DNA of 64,000 nucleotides, taken from Tubiluchus corallicola (lineage: Eukaryota > Animalia > Priapulida). The stretch covers positions 1 through 64,000 of the forward strand of contig JAQGDQ010002371.1 of the NCBI GenBank assembly GCA_030141605.1. Direction: 5' to 3'. Under the pieces are notes generated by a model. The model saw only the letters and a program-made list of their open reading frames with translations. It made no database searches and had not been told where the DNA came from. A program made the translations under genes and the position numbers. Position 1 is the first letter of the stretch, and each line of letters opens with the position of its first letter. Of the stretch, positions 8,827-19,800 are shown piece by piece.

Positions 8827-11800
8827 TTATACTAAAGTTTGTAAAAATGAATCACAAACTAACTCAGAGAAAGCAACTAGCAGGTTTTTGTCTCGAGAGG
8901 TATAAATTTTACTAATGTTTTGAAATTGTAGGCTATTTGCAAGCGCTAATCTTTTATTTTCGTCGACCAAAGTACAATTAAAAAGCAAATGTTCAACTGT
9001 TTGTGCTTCCTCTGAGCATATACAGGCATTTTCGTGTATGTATCCAATTTTAAAAAGAAAATCTTTAAAGTTACCTTGCCCTAATAAAATACTACAAGAT
9101 AGTTTTTCTAGCCTTCTGCTATTTGTATGAAAAGGAAGGTCTAGTGGAGTTAAAAATACATTTTCAGGAAGAATAGACAACTCCTGGCATTGGTAGCGAG
9201 TACGGCATCTATTTTTCCATAGGTGTGTTATAAAATGCTCAATATCCTGTTTTTTGTACTCAAGGATATTCAGTGGTATACTACCGTAATCAATAGTACG
9301 TGAATTATAATTTTTACATAATTTTAAATAATGACCACTAGAAGCCAGTAATTCTCGAAGGAAATGTCTATGACCGATTGTGGGATCACGACTAATCTCT
9401 ATTATATGAGTTTTGACTAAATCTGAATCCGACATTGCTAGAGATTTTAGCATAAATTTTACTGTGATTCCCTTAAATATAATATCAAGTGGGGGTAGCC
9501 CACAAATTAACTCTAGTTTGTCTTTTGAGGGGTGAAAGTGACAACCAGTAGCAGTTTTCATAACGTCATACAACAGATCGTCAAACAATGAGTGCTTTCT
9601 TACCATCCAGGCTGGAGCAGCATACATTATAATTGGTAAAACTAAAGTCTTAAATAGAGCAATGATAACACTGAGACTGAAGCCTTTATACAGCATGCTC
9701 TTACGCTTAATTGACATCCACCTATTCCAAGCTTGTCTTCTAACCTTACTTACATGATTTTCAAATGACAAATTACTGTCGATTGTAACTCCTAAAACTT
9801 TACTACTTTGCACGTAACTAACATCATTAGTTCCAAATTTTAAGCAGTCGTTTAAATCATGAAGGCCAAATGGAATTACTTCAGTTTTTCCTTGCGAGCA
9901 ATTTAGTATCTGCCGCCATTTAAAACACCAATTATACAGTTTATCACAGCACAGCTGACTAGTTCTAAGCGTTTCATTTTCGGAAGAACAAGCTACAAGT
10001 ATTGTTCCGTCATCTGCATATTTAAAATTATTAGTATTTGATATTGCTAAGATTTCGTCAAACATGTCGGACACATAAAAATTAAATAGCACCGGGGAGA
10101 TGACTGACCCCTGTGGCAGACCTATCTTACAACAGTATTCCTGAGAAGTATAGTTATTGACCTTGATGCGCACATTCCTTTCATATAGAAAAGTCTTAAT
10201 AAGACCCAGAATTCTACCTTTAAAGCCGGCCTCATATAGCTTAAACAGTAGACCATCCAACCAGACGCTGTCAAAAGCGCGCTGGAAATCACCGCAGATA
10301 GACAGACAGACATCATTTTGTAGTAAATGCTTTTGAATATTTGATATTAAGCGAATCAAATAGCGACCGGTATTGCGACCTGCCATGAAACCTTCCTGCA
10401 CTTCGTCTATCAGATCATTTTCAAACATGTAAGTTCTCAATCGATTTGACAGTAAACGTTCAGCAAATTTGCCAAAATAGGATGAGAGCGTCAGGGGTCG
10501 AAAGCTACCAGGATCCGTATAATTTGTTTTGCCTTCCTTTTTAATGAATATTACATTGGATTCGCGCCAAACCCACTCGCTTTTACTTAAACAAAGATTA
10601 CACAAGTATAGAAAAACCGCCTTGGCCCAGAAGCCAAGGTGTTTAACCATCAGTGGATGAAAGGCATCGCAGTCGGTGCTTTTGCCCTGCGTGACTGTTT
10701 CTTTTATTGCAATGTTTAGTTCATCCATTGTAAAGTTACAGTTTATAGCAAGGGGCACCATGCCTCTATAATCATAGCGAGAAACTTCCCCCTCTACTTG
10801 CTGCTGCCAAAAATAATCGAAATTTGCACCGTTTACGTGATCTCCACTTAAAAAATTTTTGTATAGTACCTCACAAATATCTTGATTTTCGCTATATATG
10901 TTTCCTTCATATTTTAGCATGCCGATATCTGAATTTGCTCTACCAGTAAATATTTTCTTATAATCTCTTCAGAATGCATTACTTTTGCGAACATTTAAGT
11001 TGACACACTTTTTATAAAGCCAGTTATCAGCAGCTGTGCGAAGTTCTTCATCAAACTTAGTCTTTTCTTCAAGATACCGGTTCCTATTGTGAATATTAGA
11101 ATGCTTTAGATAGATTTTTCTCAACCTTCGTACATTGTTTGACAAAAAACTTAAGTTTTGAGTCCAAAACGGTTTTGAGTGATTACATATAACTTTCTTT
11201 GGTAGTACAGCTTCACTGCTGTTTTTTATTAATTTCTGAAACAACTGCCACAGCTCAATAGGGTCCTCTCGCATTATAGCATCGTTAAGGAGCGCAAAAT
11301 TAGAGCGCAAACTATTTTCTAAATAACCTGACCAGCTATGCCAATTACTGCTTTTGAAATCGAAGACAGTACGCTTTGCTGTTGTGCTATAGTTATGGAA
11401 AGATGCACCTAACTTAGTAATGACTGGAAAGTGGCCCATTAACGGAGCTCCACTAAACAATTCAACCTCGTCGTCAACGCTTTGTGTCACCGGTAATGAC
11501 GCAAGATTGTTTGTTAGCAATACAATATCAATGATGCTTTTGCCGTGGGCTGATTTAAATGTTTCAACCAACGGTGCAACAGGCAGTACTGGATATGTGC
11601 TAGACCAAACAAAGTCATTTAATAGTTGCCCATGTGAGTTAGTTTTTACATCCCACATAAAACTTCTACTATTCAGATCTCCAGTTAACATAACACCGTC
11701 TAGGCTTTGTTGATCAGAAAATAGGCAGGCCTTTTTGAAAGAAGCTAGCATTGATTGCATGTGCTCGACTTTGTTTGGCAGAACATATACAGAAGCTACA

Positions 11801-12117
11801 ATCATTTTCAAACCTTTGCCTTTAACTAAAACCCAAATTGTATCTGTGTTGTTATCTTCTAATTCGTGTAGTCTGCAACTAATCAATCCATTTTTTACGA
11901 ATACTGCACATCCACTTGTATTTGGGTCCTTATTTTTGACATAACTTTGATAATTAGTTAGAGTCACATCATCGTATTGTTTAGCTTTCACTTCCTGTAC
12001 TGTAACAATATCAAAGTAGTAGGAGTTTACATACTTGTCTAACGCATATTGTGAACGAACAGAAAAAGTATTGATATTAATTTGGCATACACTGAGACAC
12101 CTAGAAGATGCAGCCAT
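8827..12117 (-). pseudogene. LINE ORF2 (APE endonuclease, reverse transcriptase, C-terminal Cys/His motif) broken by one in-frame TGA
   Basis: EN motifs IVTVQE, GDLNS, SIIDIVL. RT motifs FRPLTL, QEGF, DFQRAFD, GLPQGSVISP, YADD, LGVTIDSNLSF. C-terminal CICSEEAQTVEHLLFNC. ORFs 10969-12117 and 8827-10920 share a frame and are joined by F-TGA-RDYKKIFTGRANSDIG. Confidence 0.92.
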
Positions 12118-13292
12118 TAGATACGGTTAAGTCTTTTTAACTGATCTAAGTATGTAGAGCAATTCTTGGAATTGGCTTCATGCTCACTTTTGCAATTGTA
12201 GCACTTTATCTCTTTGCTGTTGCATTCAGATGTTTTATGCAGATTTCCGCATTTACCACAGTTGGCTTTATTTCTGCACCACTTAGCAACGTGTCCAAAA
12301 GACTGACACTTGTGACAGCGTAAAGGTGTTTGTTTTCGGATATATTGTTCTACTTCGCACAGAAGATGTTTTATAGGAATTCCCTCCTGTATTGCACGTT
12401 GTAATTCAACGTCTGAGCTAAATTTCACCTTAACTATTGGCATATTGGCTCCGTTCTTCCGTTTAAATCGCTCTACTTCGATTACTGGGAACTTCTGTTC
12501 AATTGCCGCCTTTATTTCGTCTTCAGTCAATTCCGGGTCACAGTCTTTGATCACTCCAATAGAGTACTTATTTGGTTTTCTGACTTTCGTGTCGGTACCC
12601 ATATAAGTTGGGTTCCATGAGCTTATTATTTCATCGGCAGTTTCAGAATCTTTTAACTGAATTTGTATGTTTCCTCGAGCAGTTCTGTAGGCTATTTCAA
12701 ATCTTACACGTGGAAAATACTTACACAGATTTGTTTTAATTGATGCGCTGGTCTCTACAAGTTTTTTGTCTTTAACATTTTCTATTATAACTGTTCTAGC
12801 TGGATCATATTGAACAATGGGATTTTGTGTATTTGGTAACTGACGATTTCGAGAAGTAACAGACGTTTGCATGTCTTTTTTCACAGCATTGCTATAGGAA
12901 GTAAGGCCGGAAGGTCTGCGTTCTGTTCCCGACAGCTTTTCTATTGATTGTTCTATCTGATTTAGTTTATCCATGACAGGATCACCTGATATTTTTTTCA
13001 GCCGGTTTAATATTTCGGTCAGCTTGTTGATATCGTTCTCTTCCTGAATGAAATGAATTATTTCAGTTTTTAGTAGATCAAGGAAGACTGCTTTGCTAGC
13101 ATCATTCGGCGCTTGGGGTTTTGGCTCCGACTGCGTCCCAATAGTTTCAGTCTCAGAGTCTGATTCGTTATCATTTGAGAACTTGTGAAAACAGCCAACG
13201 CACACCTCGCAGTATATTTCTCTTTTTGTTATTTCCTTACTGCGTCTACAAATAGTACAGCTTTTCCTGGCTAGTACGCTAGAGGTACTCAT
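12117..13292 (-). CDS. LINE ORF1 (gag-like nucleic-acid-binding protein)
   Basis: 391 aa with three zinc knuckles (CHKCQSFGHVAKWC, CGKCGNLHKTSEC, CYNCKSEHEANSKNC), a partial PHD-like N-terminus and a coiled-coil-like region. Confidence 0.92.
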   Translation of the reverse strand: MSTSSVLARKSCTICRRSKEITKREIYCEVCVGCFHKFSNDNESDSETETIGTQSEPKPQAPNDASKAVFLDLLKTEIIHFIQEENDINKLTEILNRLKKISGDPVMDKLNQIEQSIEKLSGTERRPSGLTSYSNAVKKDMQTSVTSRNRQLPNTQNPIVQYDPARTVIIENVKDKKLVETSASIKTNLCKYFPRVRFEIAYRTARGNIQIQLKDSETADEIISSWNPTYMGTDTKVRKPNKYSIGVIKDCDPELTEDEIKAAIEQKFPVIEVERFKRKNGANMPIVKVKFSSDVELQRAIQEGIPIKHLLCEVEQYIRKQTPLRCHKCQSFGHVAKWCRNKANCGKCGNLHKTSECNSKEIKCYNCKSEHEANSKNCSTYLDQLKRLNRI

Positions 13293-13846
13293 TTTGAAGA
13301 AGGTATAGCGTAATCAGGATATAATAGATGCCTTATAATGCCCGAGGATGTCAAGGGGAACGTCTTTGTCACAAGGAACTGATTTTCCTTAAATTACCAT
13401 TGATTGTTAACGACCCGATTAGGGCCTTTTGTGTAGGTCCTCCACTAATTCTCGGCGTTTGGTTTTCGCGCCAAATCCACACAATATAGTTCTTATAACA
13501 ATGTTTATTTCGTTGATAACTTTAATAAGATCAATTATCACAGAATTTAAATTACATCACTGAAACCGCGTACTATTCATACACACGTAGGTATAAAATT
13601 TATAGAACATAACACGGTATAAAGTTGTTAAAATTGACTTCAAAATATGAACAGCTTTGATAGCAACTTTACTTCGTCACGGTCACAGTCAGAAGTGACA
13701 GTGAGAGACAAAGAGAGACAGAGAGAGAAAGAGAGGGGGTGGGGGGGAGAGAAGCTACATGACATCAAGTGTACAGTATACTGGTTATTCCTCACATATA
13801 GGCGACGCTTTTGAAATTGATAACATTGGTTATTTCTCACATGTAG

Positions 13847-16800
13847 GCATCGCTTTTGAATTTGATTACATAAAGGAGATCTGCAATGTCTTACCATTAT
13901 CAGAAGCGGCTTCATGGTGGGAAGCAAATACTAACACTTCCGTAGCTGGGAATAAAACCACAACTGTCACATGGATGAAAGATCCAATGGAATTATTTGG
14001 CTTTGACAGAGGCGAACACTATTACGTTGGACAGGCAAGCTGCAGCTATCAATGAATCATTTGATTAAAAAGTAACATCATATCGGTTTAATCAAAGTAC
14101 GGTTGTATGATAAAGCCATTGGCTGTAAAAGTAGGTAGTTGTGTATCTTTGTAGCTAGTTAACTGCTGTATACAACACTATGAATACTTTCTCAAACAAA
14201 CTATAAGAGAGAAAATAGAGTACTAAACATGCTGAAAAGTTTCTATTTTTAATAAGTTAAAATAGCATTACTTTTTGTGAAAAGAACGTGTTTCTGATAT
14301 AACAACTGGCGGCGCAGAAAAATATGCTGAAGTTTAGACTAGAAAATGAGTGACCTGCAAAGTTGAAAGTTCAAAGATGATACTACAGTACATTAGCTTT
14401 TAGCTGCGAAAATTACAAGTTTATAGCTTTAGCCGTTTTTTTAGCTATGACCGAAATTTTTTTTGGATGTTAATAACTTAAATTCCGGGACAATGTCAGT
14501 TATATTCATCAACTGAAAAACAGCCAGGTTCACGTACAAAACACTCAATAATACAATAGGCAAAACAACAATAAAAAAATGAAACAGTTTATATCATGGT
14601 CTTCAACACAAGGCATGCGGTTTTCTATTACGGTATCTGGAATCCCTTTAAAGAGAAAGTGTACAATAGCCGGGAATGCACAGAACCGTTTGAGTCAAAG
14701 GAACTAAAGGCAAAAATTGTTGAGGGTTGGCACCAAATACCCGTTAAACAAGTGAGAAAAAGTGTCAGTTCTTGGAAGAAATGCCTTCGTCTAATTTGCA
14801 GTGAAAATAGTGAACGCATAGAGCTGTTGCTGTAAATTTTTCGCAATAGTGACAAAAATTCTTTTCGGCATTTAGTTTTTTGACTTGTCGATTTAAAACT
14901 TCGACAACTATGGACAAATCTGCGGGAGTGACCTAAAGTATTTGACGTATGCACACAAACGGCTGTAACGCCAATCTAGTAATTTCGAAGAGATTCCGTT
15001 ATTTTCCTCTTATATTATAGTGATTAAAATAGCGGCACATTTTTTGCGCCACTGTTAGTATCAAGGGTTTAATTGTGATGATATACTGTAGAATGCCATC
15101 TCGACGCTCGTTAACAGGATCTTTTTCATTTGTTCATTAAAGCGTATTTTTTGTGTTATTACAGAGAATGCATAGAGGATTATTGTGTGATGTTTGGTCA
15201 TTGCGCTTCTTGGACACCGCAAATGTAACTGGGGCACCTGTACTTACTAATCAAACGTGGGAATACTATTTCTTTAACGTAATTAGCTATTTCTACTTTG
15301 TAAAAATTACTACTACATTAGGCTGGAATAAGCGCCAATTTACTTGGTAGATACGCACTTTAGTCCAACTGAAAAAAGGGCTATTTTTTCTGGTGCTATC
15401 ACAGAGTTCCACTCAATCCATAGATTACACAATACTGGTTTTACCGGTCGTGTAATGTAATCGATAACGCGTCTGCTTTCCGTCTGGGAGGTCGAAAGTT
15501 TGAAACCGCGGTCTGGTAATACCAGACTTTAAAAATGGTAAATGCTGTTGCATGCCGTGCTTGGCGCATGGTGTTTGGGGCAAAATTGGGGTAATAATAA
15601 TGACTGGCTTGTGTTGTCTGTTGAATTTAAAGCCGACTTATTATTATTATTATTATTATTATTGCGCTTTTTGCAAACAGCGAAAACTGACTCCATAGTA
15701 ATGCGTACATTTTGCTTCTATCTAAATAAATTAATTCAGATTAAGTAAACTGTGTGACGTATTACGTTTGCCAGCTTTTGAGAATTGTATGTTTTTACAG
15801 AATACTAAAGGAAAGAGTGTGTTTGTTTATCTGGAGTTATGGATAGAAAACAGGGTAAACACATTTTATGCTTTTAATAAGTTTATTTTGAAATCATCGT
15901 ATTTGTCATATAAAAGATGCAACTACTACTAGATTTTATGGTGTTGAATCAAACATGAAGCATGATTGCGAGGTTTATATCCTTCGAATGCTTTAGTTTT
16001 TTTTGGATAGGAGTATTTTGCTATAGCTTATATCATTTTTTACTTTATTTACTTTATTTACATTTTTACTATATATATATTGTCCAAGGGCAGTGAGAAT
16101 TATTGTAATGGTTTGTTTTTATCAAACAGGAAGTTGGTTTCCGCGTGCCATCCTATGTTACCATCGTCGGTTTTTCTGAATACTGGGATGACAAAGAGTT
16201 TGAAGACTCAAAGATATGTTATGAAGAGAAGGACAAAAGACGTCTTGAGTTAACTTTTTACGGTTTGTAGATAATTTGATAAGTTTTGGTAATTATAGTT
16301 TCTGTTGAGAAATTCTAACTATTGACTACACTGACATGCGCGAGTATAGTTCTTTTATCGCTCCAGGTGCTATTGTTACCAAACTTATTACGGCCAGGCA
16401 GTTGACGCTAGGCCCTCTGTACTGTAGTCTCTGCTTGATATCATATTAAGATCTAATGCCACAGTCACCATCAATATGTAGATATGAAAAGCCATAGATG
16501 AAGACTTGTGGTAGTTAATTAATATAAGTAAATGCAGCTACAAATACATTTTTATATTCAACCTGAAAATCCAGCTGAAATTTTGGAATAGCGGAATGGT
16601 GAAAATGGTTTTGTTCATTTAACATTGTGTACTTTCTATCAGTAAGGTGGTTCAAATATGGAGAATTTTTTTACGTTGAGTACTTTCCGTCAGTAAGGGA
16701 AATCAGAGATGGAGAATTTTCAAACACTTTCTTGTAGCTCGTTTTTTATTTAAAATTATTCAATTTTTACTGTCTAAAAAGAATTTTTGTTGAATAGTAA

Positions 16801-19800
16801 GTAAAGGAAAAGACTAAGCAGTTACTCACAATCTTCTGTATATTTCAGGCGTTTATCCGGCAGGAGAACTGAGCGTTTTTAGACATGAACTGAAAGCCGA
16901 AATTTCAAAAACAGCAAAAGTTTCGATTAGAAGAATTGTTAATATGGATCTGGCTACTGATGAACAGAATACCTACGTTACTTTTACTCTGTTGGAGAAT
17001 GTTCCCGATGGTTAACATAAATTTTATTGACGTTCATTATTTTAATTATTATGCTAACATATTTCACCATACTTAAGTTTTATGATTAACTGATTACAAA
17101 AATGTTAAAAAAATACTGGCCGAAATTGTTTAAAACACTAGTAAAGCTATAAAGATTTGTCGAGTACAGAATATTTTTAGTGATATATGATAAAGAAGAA
17201 CTACTTACATCGATGCAGGATAACCAGTCTTAATGTGAGGCAACCAAAGATTTTACGTGACGTTTATCTAGTACACTTCATAGAGATAATTTCGACTAGA
17301 CGAAGACTCGCTGTTTGTCGGTTTTTGTTACAGTGTGTTTTGTTAACAGCCATACTATTTTGTTTTACTTCTGTAGGAGTTTTCTGCAATGCTTACATGA
17401 GCTTTTGTCACATCTCGTATAATGCTCAAACGAAATGCTTCGTTTTTTCCTAAAAATACAAATTTCAAAAATACTTTGATTTAAATGCAGCATAATTACA
17501 TGTTAGCAAATATGAATTATTTTTTGATCTTGTAATTTTTCATTTTGTCGTGGTACTGCATGTATTAGTAAGCTTGTAGGATGTGATATGAGCAAAATGC
17601 ATGTCTGGCTTTGTTAAAGGAAATGGTAGGTTTTAGTTTGCAAAAGCTTAATCTGTGAACAATGGGTTTTCAGGTGACCATTTGCTGGATTATGACGTGT
17701 TGACGGAACTACAGAAAGCTGGGCCAGGTGACAAGGAGTTCGATGAAGAGATGACACCAGAAGAATGTGCTGCGAGATGCGATGCTGAGATAGAGTTTGA
17801 GTGTCGGAGCTTCGGATCGTGCAAATCAGATATTGCCGTAAAACCATGCTATTTGTACAAGTACCATCCTAATGATATGACACCCGGTGCATTTTTACCC
17901 ATGGTCTTTTGTGATTATTACTACAGTAAGTCAGTAAGTTTTTTAATAAAATAAATCTTTAGGTATTAAAATTTAAACAACAAAGTTAGCAAAAAAGCAA
18001 CAAAAATATGTGAAAAGACGAGTTAACGATTAGCTATTGGGCTGGGGTCTGAACCTGTGACCTTTGTATTACAAGCCTAACATTTTAACCACTAGATATT
18101 AAATTTATTTTTTTTTAGGAAAATGAGTAAACTAAGTTTTGCTGGAGAGCTGTTATATAGACGCAGGGCTTTGGAGTTATTCACTTGCTTTTGAATTGCA
18201 ACTCACTTAATGCGTACTGCGACAAATAAATATAGACTATACACACAGGGAAAACAAAAACAAACATAATGGCGTCTATCAATTAGTCTTTTATTTTTTT
18301 CTAGGAACTGTAATAGAAAGTGGGGTGCATAAGACAAATCTGTACGCAATAACTGCCTTGGAAAGTGCAGTATTTTATAATCGCTTCTTTGTTATTCATA
18401 CCCTGGCAAATGGCACGGTAAGAAAATTCGCACAAGTTTTTCGAATTACGAGATATAATTGTCTTTATTTATATATCGCAAGATGTGTTCGAAATTTTAC
18501 GTTGCACATACTTTAATGTCAGCCATAGAAAATAATTCGGATTATAATTGCAAAGTCAGTGATGGCAACGATACTATAGTTGTTTGTAACGGTATAGTGT
18601 TTTAAATTTGTTTCATAGTACTGTTGTTGACAATATTATTACTGTGGCACTTGATGATAACCATGTCAATGCAGGCCAATGAAAGACGTTCAAAATAGGT
18701 TACATAGCTGACTTTAAGGTTGGTTGTTGCACTTTCATATAATTAGTCAAATCCACTTCCAAAGTTAGTCAATTTGTGGATTCTATGTACTTAAACAAAC
18801 TTTCAACTTACCCACACTTTGTTAAAAAATTTCTCGCAGTTAAAATGAGTTATTACTTAACAATACTTGCTTTATTTTACAGACGGCAATGTATAGAGCA
18901 ATGAATATACGAGAAATTGGCGTCGATACTGGAGGAGGTATTTCAAACTAATAATTATTTAGGCATTTAGGCCTATATTTATTGTTATAGAATTATATTT
19001 TGATACCTTAGTTTCCATTTTCTGGTTAAAAGTGTCATTTAGGTAATCTAAGTCAAGTCCTTAAGGATCACCTGATTAGGCACTGCGTCATTTATAGAAT
19101 GGTTTAGCAGATCTATCGTAAATCCATAAAGCTTTTTGCAATCTTTGTTTTGAGTCTTACTGACAAAGAACCTGCAATTCAAAGGGTGACAAACTTGGTG
19201 CAAAAAAATCTAGGAATGACCTAAAAGAGGGAGGCATTTAAACCTCATCTGACGCATATCTACGAAACTAGTGAGAATTTTTCTTCAGTTTTGCTAAGCA
19301 GGTATTTAAAGATTTTAAGTGATGAATTTGGTGCCTAAGAATTGCACGTTTTTACTAATCAGCATATTTCCCCCAAGTTTGCATTTCATATACTTTATAT
19401 GTGCCGAAATTATCTATAAAATAACACATTACAAAAATTCTTTACCGTACTCAGAATGTGGTTTTAATGTAATTTACTGGCAATTTTAGGAAGCTTCTTG
19501 AACCAATTCCACCACTTAAGAATGTAATTTTTACATCGGGAACATTTGGCACCAATTCTGTGTCAGTAGTTAATGAACTTTAAGATGTAGTTTAAACTTA
19601 CTGAACACTTGCTGTTTAATGCATCAACTGAAAAACACACGCATCAACATTTAGAGCTTTCCACTGGACTATAAAAGCACTCCAGCTCTCGAACGTTTTG
19701 TACTCGACATGCAAGGAAGTAAGACCATCTCTGTCAGCTCCTGCTTTACCAGGTCCGAACGTTTTGAAGATCAGGTGGTATCGAACATACAACCTTCACG

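Larger units (their letters stand above)
8551..13700 (-). mobile_element. Near full-length APE-type non-LTR retrotransposon (I/Jockey group)
   Basis: ~400-bp 5' UTR, gag-like ORF1, EN-RT ORF2, and a 3' UTR ending AATAAA-gaat-(TAA)n at 8551-8580. Both ends are flanked by GA/TC repeats. Confidence 0.93.

Noticed and set aside
10969-10971. Selenocysteine, readthrough or TGA=Trp genetic code
   Set aside because: Trp is encoded by TGG elsewhere in the element and the host genes, and no SECIS was recognised. A point mutation is simpler.
15443-15520. tRNA genes (also 18040-18095 and ~34150-34200)
   Set aside because: The A/B boxes are degenerate, there is no convincing cloverleaf, and the first continues into a SINE body and tail.
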